A DNA stretch of 28,867 nt from a virus (lineage: Duplodnaviria > Caudoviricetes). Below the pieces are notes generated by a model. It was not told the DNA's origin, ran no database searches, and saw only the letters and a program-made list of their open reading frames with translations. The first letter of the stretch is position 1; the number at the start of each line of letters is the position of its first letter. This document shows, in pieces, positions 16,497 through 25,190 of the stretch. The translations under genes and the position numbers were made by a program. The stretch is from IMG/VR virus record IMGVR_UViG_3300017784_005241, positions 1-28,867 of that record. The stretch is one strand, 5' to 3'.

Positions 16497-17111
16497 ATGG
16501 CATCACCAGTACAAAGCTTCATTAGTAAGTTCTCATCTGATAGAAACTTCTTCCTACCACTTCAGACGATGTGGACAGTTACAATATCAGATAGTGGCAT
16601 TACTGGAGCGATTAATAGTGCATTATCTAAAGTAGATACATACAGTGGTTGGAGAGTTAATACTAGTGATCTATGGACAGATAAATCGCTTGGTAATATA
16701 CTTGTTGCGCAGGAGGTTACAATACCTTCAGAGAACTATGAGGTATCTGAGATTATTGCAGATGGAGCTACAGGCGCATACATGGCAGGTTATGGTGTAA
16801 CTAAACGTGCAGGGTTTTTATCTCGTAACCTCACTGTTAACTTTATCGAGACGCACTCAGATATTGAAGCTGCGCTGTTCAGGCCATGGACCATAGCTCT
16901 GAGTATAGATGGGCTTATTAACAGCGGATTGAAAGCGAAAGCCGTTAACATCACGCAGTACGGTAGGGATATGTCTAAACGAAAAGAGTATGTATTCTAC
17001 GATGTATTTCCTACTAATACAGAAGGTGCGCAGTATAACTATACTAGTGATGACATTAAAGCTAAAACTGTTACATTCGGTTATAGAGATTATAAAGTGA
17101 TACAATACTAA
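16497..17111 (+). CDS. Tube-fold baseplate protein (gp54/gp19-like)
   Basis: LTVNFIET..LFRPW, YVFYDVFPT, VTFGY tube-fold pattern; TAAATA at 16485-16490. Confidence 0.6.
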   Translation: MASPVQSFISKFSSDRNFFLPLQTMWTVTISDSGITGAINSALSKVDTYSGWRVNTSDLWTDKSLGNILVAQEVTIPSENYEVSEIIADGATGAYMAGYGVTKRAGFLSRNLTVNFIETHSDIEAALFRPWTIALSIDGLINSGLKAKAVNITQYGRDMSKRKEYVFYDVFPTNTEGAQYNYTSDDIKAKTVTFGYRDYKVIQY

Positions 17112-17112
17112 T

Positions 17113-17898
17113 ATGCATATTGTTAAATTGCCTCATTTAGGGGAACGTATAAAAATACCTATCATCACATTTGAGCAGGTGATGACAATATCTAGATTAA
17201 TATATGATAATAATGATGAAGGGTTAGTAGACTATATCGAAGATATACTTAACCTAAAAGGCTTAAATAGTGTTGATAAGCTATTTGTTATACTTAAAGC
17301 TAGAGAGTTCTTTATAAGTGAAGAGTTAACACTATCATCTTCCACTTCTCAAGTAGCTATACCTGTATATAGGTTAATTGAAGCGCTTACATCAGTAGAG
17401 GATTACAGTAAGATGATTGTAGTAGATGATATTAAAATTATTGTTGATACTCCTAATGATATGATAGTTACTAACTCTATAGTTAGTGACATTCAAACAG
17501 TTATAAAGACTATTGAAGTAGGAGGTCAAGTAATACATTTCTCTAAGTTAGATGAAGAATCTAAAGATAAGATACTTTCCTTACTACCTCCATCTGTCTT
17601 CAGTGAAATAAAGCACTACTTATTGTACGAGGTCGGGCATATAGTTTTGTTTGATGGTACTCAATCTCTGAATGAGAAAATTGCACTAAATTTATTTACA
17701 TCAGATGTCTTTAACTTTGCTAAGCTTCTTTTTAGTGAGTATAGTATTGATTCGTATAGAGAAATTATATTTCACCTGTCACGTAAAATTAGTGCCGATA
17801 TCTTATTTAAATCTACTCTTATGGATGTAAAATTCTATCTTAAGGAGCTATCAAATGAGAATAAGTCTGGTGATGCTGGCAATTCGATACCATTGTAG
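17113..17898 (+). CDS. gp26-like baseplate hub/tail assembly protein with gp51-like C-terminus
   Basis: Aligns by eye with the downstream gp26-like ORF; extra C-terminal helical segment. Confidence 0.5.
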   Translation: MHIVKLPHLGERIKIPIITFEQVMTISRLIYDNNDEGLVDYIEDILNLKGLNSVDKLFVILKAREFFISEELTLSSSTSQVAIPVYRLIEALTSVEDYSKMIVVDDIKIIVDTPNDMIVTNSIVSDIQTVIKTIEVGGQVIHFSKLDEESKDKILSLLPPSVFSEIKHYLLYEVGHIVLFDGTQSLNEKIALNLFTSDVFNFAKLLFSEYSIDSYREIIFHLSRKISADILFKSTLMDVKFYLKELSNENKSGDAGNSIPL

Positions 17899-17909
17899 TA
17901 AATACTTTT

Positions 17910-18638
17910 ATGTCACAAGATATCTCTGATTTTATCTCAAAGCTAAATGCGGTTAATAATAATGTGAAGGTAGTTATTCCTTCTACAGGTGAAGTTGCTG
18001 AAATTAAACCTCTAAGCCTCAAGCACCAGAAAGATATTATCTCTTGCGTTGGTGATGGAGTCGCTGGACTTATTTCATTTACCCGATTAATTAACGGTAT
18101 TATTACTCAAAATGAAGGAGTTAAAAATATTACTCAACATGACAAGTTAGCTATTATTACTACATTGCGAGTAAGCGCTCTCGGACCTAATTACAAAGCC
18201 AAAGATGATGTGATTGATATTAGCCTGCTACCTGAGAAGATCTCGAGCTATAAGTTTAAAACACCAGGTACAGACAGCTTTAGCTTTGAAGGTATTGGTG
18301 TCGATGTTAAAGTGCCCTCACTAGAGTGGGAGACTGAAGTTACTAAAAAGCTTGAAGATGAGGTAAAGCGTAATGGTGATAATAACTCTAGGAATATTGG
18401 TAGTATTTATACACACGAATTAATAAAACACATTAATAGTGTCACCCTCGGCCAGACAAAAGTCAACTTTAACGAGCTTAAGATGAGAGAATGTGTATCT
18501 GTCATAGAAGCTATTCCTCTCGCTCTAAACAAAAAAATTATTGATTTTATTGAAAAGCGAAGAACAGAAGAGAATGAGATGTTGACCATCAACGGTGTGA
18601 CTATTGAAATTAGTCCTAGTTTCTTTGATGTTGACTAA
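17910..18638 (+). CDS. gp26: Baseplate hub assembly protein, T4 gp26-like
   Basis: VVIPSTGEVAEIKPLSLKHQKDII and DKLAIITTLRVSALG resemble gp26 N-terminal motifs; TAAATA at 17899-17904. Confidence 0.6.
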   Translation: MSQDISDFISKLNAVNNNVKVVIPSTGEVAEIKPLSLKHQKDIISCVGDGVAGLISFTRLINGIITQNEGVKNITQHDKLAIITTLRVSALGPNYKAKDDVIDISLLPEKISSYKFKTPGTDSFSFEGIGVDVKVPSLEWETEVTKKLEDEVKRNGDNNSRNIGSIYTHELIKHINSVTLGQTKVNFNELKMRECVSVIEAIPLALNKKIIDFIEKRRTEENEMLTINGVTIEISPSFFDVD

Positions 18639-18646
18639 ATATTTAT

Positions 18647-20719
18647 GTGGCTAAAAATTCCGCAGATGCAGTAAACATGTTTGAAGACCTTATGATAGGT
18701 CTTCAAGATATATTAACACGGCTTGAAATACCAGGAGGCTTTGATGACTCAGGTAGTGAGAAAAATCTTGTTAATAAGAATATAGTTCCTAGTAATACAT
18801 CAACATTCAATAAGTTTCCAGCTGTAAAGAGTATTCTCAATAGCGATGAAAAAACTCGTGCTTATAATATAGGTTACCAATGGGCGCGGGCATTTTTTGA
18901 TGTTCAAAAGATGAACAAGTCCGCTGAAGATACATCAAAACCATCGACTATACTATCAAAGGCAAAAGAGACTGTAAGTACTGGTAAACTAGCTACTGAT
19001 AATATATCAGATGGTAAATCATCTGGCTTAGGCCTTGCAGCAGGTATTATAGGCGTCCTCGCAGCAGCATATGCAATATGGGAAATGTTTGGTGGTGAGG
19101 GAGGCTTTGTAATGAAGGCTGTAGCTAAGTTACCTAGTTTTCTCAAACTACTTAAAGGCACTGCTGGAAAGGTAGGCACGACTCTGTTAAAAAGAATCAA
19201 GTTTATTCCATTTATAGGCGCTTTAGCAGGATTTGTATTTGCTTTCATGCGCTTTCAAGAAGGTCAGTGGGTTAGAGGTACACTAGAAATTGTATCTGCA
19301 ATTGCAGGTTTAACAGGCTTAGGACTACCTTTATCTTACATAATCGATGGCGCTCTGTTACTATATGATTTATCAGAAGAGAAGGGTAGTGAGACGGGGA
19401 TGGGCGCTGCTATAGTTAAAGGTGGTAAGTATACTGTTAAAGCTATTACTAACGTATTAAAGAAGGTTATTACCAGTATAGGTCCTAAATTACTAAAAAC
19501 ATTAAAGTTTATACCGTTTATAGGCGGCGTTGCAGGCTTAGCGCTCTCATTTATGAGATTTCAGGAAGGTGAGTGGGTAGCGGGTATATTCGAATTCGTA
19601 TCTGCTATATTAGACTTTATTCCAGGTGTAGGTAATATTGCGTCGTATATAATCGATGGTGGGTTGCTATTGTATGACCTATTCAAAACACCTGCAGATC
19701 CATCTGCTACGAGTGGTGGCAGCAGTTCAACGAAAACGTCTCGTTTCGAGTTTAGTTTTTCAAGTGGAATGAATTACATTAAGAAACTAATTGGCCCAAA
19801 ATTGATGAAAGTACTACCGTATATACCTGTTATCGGTAATTTTATGGCAATATACGAAGGGGTAAAGCTAATTATGGCTGGTAATGTGGGAAGCGGTGTA
19901 CGTAAGTTAATTCAAGGTATGTTTATATTCTTACCTCCTGGTCTGTCAGACCAGTTATTATTTGGTTATGATTGGTTAGTAAGTCTGTTTACAGAAGAAT
20001 CAGAACAATCGTCTCTGAACTCGCAGCCAGCAAAGCCGTTCGGGGTAAGAATTAAAGAATATATACAGTCTAAGCTATCTAAGTTACCAGCTGTTATGCA
20101 AGATGCATTAAGGTTAATAGGCGTTCTTAGTGATGATGCACCTATAGAATATACAGAGCCTCAAAGCGTTGATGTTTCGAGCGAAGCAGTAAAAACTGCA
20201 ACTACTGCAACTACGCCTCCTACAAGTACAGATAGAGGGGTGTCTAAATCTACTATTGCAGCTGCTCTTCTTATGTCGACACCTGTAGGTTTTATTTCAG
20301 GAATCTCGTTATTGGGAGCTAAAGCTATAAGATCTAAGATTAGTAATAATACTAATGAACAGTCTAAAGAAGCTGCTCCTGTAGAGGCTCCTAAGAAATC
20401 TCTACTTAACCCTGAGAGTACGCTTTCTAATATTAAAGCAGGTAATATTGATGTAAAGATTCAGACTAATGATATTAGTATTAGTCAGAATAAAATTCAG
20501 ACTAATGCTATACTTACGCAGAATCAAATTCTAATGGAAGTGGTGGCTGTAGCTAGACAGCAATTAGATGTAACAAAAAAGAAGTCGAATGTTATAGTAG
20601 CTCCATCACAAGGAGCTCAAGCTAATGTAGCTAGCTTCTCTAATGAATCGTTTAATACAAGTACCCAGTCTAGTAGACAACGGTATAGTAGTTCACCGTA
20701 TACACTATCTAATGCTTAA
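18647..20719 (+). CDS. Tape measure / baseplate hub protein (gp29-like)
   Basis: 690 aa, GTG start 5 nt after TAAATA; hydrophobic KFIPFIG repeats; lies between gp26-like and baseplate genes. Confidence 0.65.
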   Translation: MAKNSADAVNMFEDLMIGLQDILTRLEIPGGFDDSGSEKNLVNKNIVPSNTSTFNKFPAVKSILNSDEKTRAYNIGYQWARAFFDVQKMNKSAEDTSKPSTILSKAKETVSTGKLATDNISDGKSSGLGLAAGIIGVLAAAYAIWEMFGGEGGFVMKAVAKLPSFLKLLKGTAGKVGTTLLKRIKFIPFIGALAGFVFAFMRFQEGQWVRGTLEIVSAIAGLTGLGLPLSYIIDGALLLYDLSEEKGSETGMGAAIVKGGKYTVKAITNVLKKVITSIGPKLLKTLKFIPFIGGVAGLALSFMRFQEGEWVAGIFEFVSAILDFIPGVGNIASYIIDGGLLLYDLFKTPADPSATSGGSSSTKTSRFEFSFSSGMNYIKKLIGPKLMKVLPYIPVIGNFMAIYEGVKLIMAGNVGSGVRKLIQGMFIFLPPGLSDQLLFGYDWLVSLFTEESEQSSLNSQPAKPFGVRIKEYIQSKLSKLPAVMQDALRLIGVLSDDAPIEYTEPQSVDVSSEAVKTATTATTPPTSTDRGVSKSTIAAALLMSTPVGFISGISLLGAKAIRSKISNNTNEQSKEAAPVEAPKKSLLNPESTLSNIKAGNIDVKIQTNDISISQNKIQTNAILTQNQILMEVVAVARQQLDVTKKKSNVIVAPSQGAQANVASFSNESFNTSTQSSRQRYSSSPYTLSNA

Positions 20720-20729
20720 ATAATATCAG

Positions 20730-21521
20730 ATGAGTGAGTATAACGTAGCTAATAACAAAGAATACAAGTGGACATCTGTCAATGGGTCATATCTTGACGA
20801 GGTTCCACGTATATTTGCGAAATCATACCTTATTACAAAAAATGATGTAGTAAACTACGCACAAGCGTGGGTTGATAACATTGAGCAGACTGGTGGCGGA
20901 GGCGGAATAAAATACTATGAAAGACTGCATGATACTACTGGTGCAGAAACTGATAGATGGGTCTTTCCCTTCTTTAACGATGATGTAAGACAAATAACTA
21001 CTTCGTGGGGAGACAGTTATGTTGGATCCACTAATGGAACGCAGTCTATGGGGTCTAATACAGCAGGAGCAGTGACAGAGCTTGCAAGTGTAATTAGTAC
21101 TACGTTAGGTCAAGGCCAGTCGTTTCTTCAAGGAACTCCTGGAGCGTTATACGAGCCTCCTAAGTTCTTCAATTATGGTGACCTTGGTGAACAAGGAGCT
21201 ACGGTAGAGTTTAGTTTAATAAATACACTGAACGACAATGATTATTCAAAAAACTATCAACTTATAAGTAGGTTGATAGAAATCAATAAGCTGAGCAGGT
21301 TAAGTGGTAATACAGCTGCTCCTGCAGCATTATGGGAGGTCACGATACCAGGTTATCGTAAGATTAAGTGGGCAGCAGCAGATGTAGGTATTAAACTTAT
21401 AGGTCAGAGAAAAATGAAAGACCAGAAAATTATACCAGAAGGTTATAGAGTAAGTATATCATTTAAATCGCTCTATACAGAACCTCGTGAGTATAAATCA
21501 CAATATACAGATCAATTATAA
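20730..21521 (+). CDS. Putative baseplate protein (possibly gp48-like)
   Basis: Position in the baseplate cluster; late promoter 20717-20722; family call weak. Confidence 0.45.
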   Translation: MSEYNVANNKEYKWTSVNGSYLDEVPRIFAKSYLITKNDVVNYAQAWVDNIEQTGGGGGIKYYERLHDTTGAETDRWVFPFFNDDVRQITTSWGDSYVGSTNGTQSMGSNTAGAVTELASVISTTLGQGQSFLQGTPGALYEPPKFFNYGDLGEQGATVEFSLINTLNDNDYSKNYQLISRLIEINKLSRLSGNTAAPAALWEVTIPGYRKIKWAAADVGIKLIGQRKMKDQKIIPEGYRVSISFKSLYTEPREYKSQYTDQL

Positions 21522-21925
21522 TGAGTACAAGTCTAGGCAATTATCAAAACTCTATTCCAAGCTTGAGCGCGTTGGATCTAGTTAACTATGAGCGTATATT
21601 TAAAGTTTACGAAACCTCGAAAGATGATAAGTCATTTTATTTTTACAATATTCTTAAGAAGATAGAGATACCAGCTACTATTGATGACAGTGTCATAGAA
21701 TACTATACAGTACGTGCTAATATGCCATTAACTACTATATCATATAAGATCTACGGTGATATCAGGCTGTGGTGGATTATATACTTAGTTAACAGGAAGG
21801 CGCTTGGTGAAGGAACATTTGTAGTAAAGGGCGGTACGCAATTATCTTATATTAAACCAGGTGTACTACCTATCGTGTTTCAACAAATAACAAACATTAT
21901 TGTATACAATGGTAGGCACTACTAA
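21521..21925 (+). CDS. gp53: Baseplate wedge protein gp53-like (LysM-like)
   Basis: YTVRANMPLTTISYKIYGDIRLWWIIYLVN. Confidence 0.75.
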   Translation: MSTSLGNYQNSIPSLSALDLVNYERIFKVYETSKDDKSFYFYNILKKIEIPATIDDSVIEYYTVRANMPLTTISYKIYGDIRLWWIIYLVNRKALGEGTFVVKGGTQLSYIKPGVLPIVFQQITNIIVYNGRHY

Positions 21926-23237
21926 GCTAAACGGTATATCGTACGACTACGAATATAAGATATCTAACAGCTCAGGAGAGTTGAGTATTGCAGATTCTGC
22001 TGTACAAAATCTTATATACAAGGAGGACTTATTTGATCCCTTTCCTGATGGTGCTATAGATATATCTAATCCGGATAATGTACTCGAAAAAGATTTGGTG
22101 TATAGAGGTGATGGATCAGATAAGCTTGAGATACTTCTCAAGCAGAAAGAAGGTTCATCAGGCAGTGAAATTCGAGGAACATTTACTATTATAGGCGAAC
22201 AAAATTATATTGATGATGCAACACCATTGAAAAACCGTAAAATATACTTTTTCATGGATAGTGATGAAGCTATGCTTCTTCGTAAGTTTCCGTATGGTCG
22301 TTCGTATAGCGGTAAGCTTGGCGATATACTTAAAAATATCCTCGAAAAGGAATTCAACTTCGAAATTGAAAAGAATTTTTTTGAAGCTGGCGATTTTACA
22401 TTAAGCAGTTTAAATTCGTTTGTACCGTCTATTAATTATAGATACCTTGATGTAATTTACTATCTACTGCAGTACTATTACTTTAAAGATGGTGAAGACC
22501 CTATTAAGGGTATATTGTCTAAGGAAAGATCTGGAAAGTATTCGTTAAAAACAATCAGTAAAGATTTTTTTGCAAAAAACAATGATCTTGTAAAGGAAGT
22601 ATTCACAACGGGCGGAATCATAGGACCAAGCGGGTTCAAAGATAATCAAAACAATCCTGCTACTCCTAACAGCGCATTATATAACGAATACACTAATAAC
22701 GTTACAAGTATTTCATTTGACTCTTTCACTCTTGATGAGTCCAACAATTTTTTTATGAACTCTAATGTCATAAGTTATGATGATATCTTAGGTACCTCTT
22801 ATATTGACGAGGTGCGCATAAAAGATGTACGGAAGGCATGGGAGAAGAAATTCGTAGATCCTTTTAAACTAAAATACGGTAAGCCTGTTAAACATATGCC
22901 GATGACAAAAGAAAAACTTGAAGGCGAGTTTAAGACATATAGATTACCATATTCTCGTGAGCAGAATATAAATGTTGTTAAGGCTAACATGATAAATGAT
23001 TTTATATTCCGTAATAATCAGATTACACTGACAGTTAATGGTGATATTAAGCGTCAGCCAGGTACTTTCATCGATATTGTGAAACAGAGAGATGAAAAGA
23101 GTAAAGGCGACACTAAAATATTGGGTCGATGGTTTGTAACCGGAGTCGAACATATAAAAATGGGAGCGACATATAGAAACACAATTAAAGCTGTGAAAAC
23201 ATTCGCAGGTCCAATGTATCCTGATAGTGATGATTAA
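21909..23237 (+). CDS. Baseplate hub protein (gp27/late control D-like)
   Basis: YKEDLFDPFPDGAIDI N-terminus; LTVNGD..RQPGTFIDI..GRWFVTGVEH C-terminus. Start at ATG 21909 assumed. Confidence 0.65.
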   Translation: MVGTTKLNGISYDYEYKISNSSGELSIADSAVQNLIYKEDLFDPFPDGAIDISNPDNVLEKDLVYRGDGSDKLEILLKQKEGSSGSEIRGTFTIIGEQNYIDDATPLKNRKIYFFMDSDEAMLLRKFPYGRSYSGKLGDILKNILEKEFNFEIEKNFFEAGDFTLSSLNSFVPSINYRYLDVIYYLLQYYYFKDGEDPIKGILSKERSGKYSLKTISKDFFAKNNDLVKEVFTTGGIIGPSGFKDNQNNPATPNSALYNEYTNNVTSISFDSFTLDESNNFFMNSNVISYDDILGTSYIDEVRIKDVRKAWEKKFVDPFKLKYGKPVKHMPMTKEKLEGEFKTYRLPYSREQNINVVKANMINDFIFRNNQITLTVNGDIKRQPGTFIDIVKQRDEKSKGDTKILGRWFVTGVEHIKMGATYRNTIKAVKTFAGPMYPDSDD

Positions 23238-24186
23238 GTTAACAAAAAAAGTCGAGAGATTAAGAGCGGTTCTTCTTACAAAGAAGCAATCAGAGGAGAT
23301 TATTAAGAACATTAAAGATCTAGGCGACTACAGCGATGAAGATAAGACTCTTATGGAGAACTTTAAGAGGATCTATCACGCTGGAGTAAAACAGTTAAAG
23401 ATTTTTGTTGATCGTCTAAGCGAGCTCGGTAAAACAGTAGATGAATATACAATCATTTACTATATAACACAGCTTAAAAACGGTCCACTTAAATCCTTCT
23501 TAAGCTCACTAGTCTCTGATAAGCCATACTGGAGTAATACACCAGACATCCTTGGCACGCAAGGTAATCTTAACAGGTCTATCACACAGACACCTATCGC
23601 TGATATTGGTAATACTGCTATACTCGATCCGAGCGTTGTTATACTAAACAAGGTTCCTGAGTTTGTGTTAGAAACATATAATGAGTTAACAGACAATGTC
23701 AATACAATCTATAAAGCTAATGTTCTCGGTAGTTTAATACTAGATAGTTCACTTCGAGGAGCTTCATCATCTGCTACCAACAATGACCCTCATGGATCAT
23801 ACATAGTTGCAGATACAACATCGTGGAATAATATTCAAGCTGCGTCTGAAAGAGTGTTTAACGAGGTTAAAACTGTGTTAGGTAATGAGACTTACAGGCT
23901 ATACGAGTTTAACAAGCTTGTCAATTCTTTTAGTAAAGAAATAAATACGAACACATCAACTCAGTATGTTGTTCAGCGTTTATCAGAGTATCAGTCGTTA
24001 GGCGAAACTAAATCTGTAATATTAAGCACTGATTTAATTGGTAATGTATTCGAATATGACGAGTCTCGTAAATTTGAGCTTGAAATTAAAGGAGACTCTA
24101 TGAATACTAAACTAAAGCTTCATACAGTACAAGGACAACTAGGTGATACCAGTAAGCCGAAAGAGGAGCCGATTACGAAAGGTTAG
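23227..24186 (+). CDS. Hypothetical protein in baseplate operon
   Basis: 319 aa, overlaps the hub gene stop; start may be ATG 23230. Confidence 0.7.
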   Translation: MMIKLTKKVERLRAVLLTKKQSEEIIKNIKDLGDYSDEDKTLMENFKRIYHAGVKQLKIFVDRLSELGKTVDEYTIIYYITQLKNGPLKSFLSSLVSDKPYWSNTPDILGTQGNLNRSITQTPIADIGNTAILDPSVVILNKVPEFVLETYNELTDNVNTIYKANVLGSLILDSSLRGASSSATNNDPHGSYIVADTTSWNNIQAASERVFNEVKTVLGNETYRLYEFNKLVNSFSKEINTNTSTQYVVQRLSEYQSLGETKSVILSTDLIGNVFEYDESRKFELEIKGDSMNTKLKLHTVQGQLGDTSKPKEEPITKG

Positions 24187-24635
24187 ATGTCAACTATATC
24201 TGCGTCTATACTATCTGCTTTTCTTAGAAGCTCTTTCATAACTTCTTTTCTTGATATTAGAAATGCAGCGTTATCCTGAGTGTTAATTTTCTCTCTGGAG
24301 CTAATATCCATTTGCTTGACCTCTTTTACGGTCTTATTACGCTCGATAGATGTATATACCTTGTTTAGTGATTCGATAGATGCTGATGCAGCTTTGAGAA
24401 GCTCGGCTAGTGCTGTCACATCCTTCGCCTCAGGTGCTGAGCTAATATAATCCTGGACATTATCAATAATACCAAGTGTTTTATTGATAAGCTTACCTGA
24501 TGTTGATATAATGTACTTTTCGAGATCCTCCTTCTGAAGTTCATCTTCTATTTGAGGTACCTTTCTTGATAACGCAGTTGTATCATTGAGCTGCGACAGG
24601 ATATCATTTACTGCTTCATCGATTGAATCTTCCAT
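24183..24635 (-). CDS. Probable terminase small subunit (gp16-like)
   Basis: 150-aa helical protein; SSAPEAKDVTALAELLK and NAAFLISRKEVMKELL resemble T4-like gp16 helices and C-terminal motif; late promoters upstream. Confidence 0.5.
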   Translation of the reverse strand: MEDSIDEAVNDILSQLNDTTALSRKVPQIEDELQKEDLEKYIISTSGKLINKTLGIIDNVQDYISSAPEAKDVTALAELLKAASASIESLNKVYTSIERNKTVKEVKQMDISSREKINTQDNAAFLISRKEVMKELLRKADSIDADIVDI

Positions 24636-24641
24636 ATAAAA

Positions 24642-24667
24642 TACTTATTGACTTCTATGTATTTATA
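24642..24667 (-). promoter_or_regulatory. Tandem late promoters (TATAAATA 24667-24660; TAAGTA 24647-24642)
   Basis: Variant TAAGTA lies 6 nt before ATG 24635. Confidence 0.55.
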
Positions 24668-24675
24668 CGTATAAT
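24648..24675 (+). promoter_or_regulatory. Sigma70-like promoter for dUTPase-clamp loader
   Basis: TTGACT-N16-TATAAT-N6-ATG. Confidence 0.7.
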
Positions 24676-24681
24676 AATAGC

Positions 24682-25188
24682 ATGGAAACAGAAAATACTT
24701 TAACAGAAACTGATAGTTTCGAGTACACAATGCGTTTCGATAACGCTATTATTCGCTGTGTAGATGCTAAAATTAAATTTAAGCGTACGAACCCTGATGC
24801 TAAGTTACCAACAAAAAATAACGATTCAGATACAGGTTTTGATGTATATAGCGTTGAATCGAAGAGTATCCCTGCGAGAGGAAGTGCTGTAGTTGATGTA
24901 GGTCTCGACTTTGCAGATATTACACCAGGTTTCTGGGTTCGTGTTGAAGGTAGAAGCGGTCTCGGCTTTAAGTATGGTATCGCTCCTCATCCAGGTATTA
25001 TCGATTCAGGTTATCGCTCTAACGCAGGTATTAAATTGTATAATCTTACCGACAATGACTACGAAATTCAAAAAGGCGATAGGATTGCACAATTTGTTGT
25101 ATATCGCAATTACATTGTTAGCATTTCTGAAGGAGATATAGTTGAGTCTGACCGCGGTGCAAATGGATTTGGTTCTTCTGGTAAATAA
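24682..25188 (+). CDS. dut: Trimeric dUTPase
   Basis: Five motifs: TGFDVY, GRSGL, GIIDSGYR, GDRIAQFV, RGANGFGSSG. Confidence 0.95.
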   Translation: METENTLTETDSFEYTMRFDNAIIRCVDAKIKFKRTNPDAKLPTKNNDSDTGFDVYSVESKSIPARGSAVVDVGLDFADITPGFWVRVEGRSGLGFKYGIAPHPGIIDSGYRSNAGIKLYNLTDNDYEIQKGDRIAQFVVYRNYIVSISEGDIVESDRGANGFGSSGK

Positions 25189-25190
25189 TT

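Noticed and set aside
18520-18650. Programmed frameshift before the tape-measure gene
   Set aside because: The A-run at 18531-18537 is not a convincing in-frame slippery heptamer, and the next gene has its own promoter and start.
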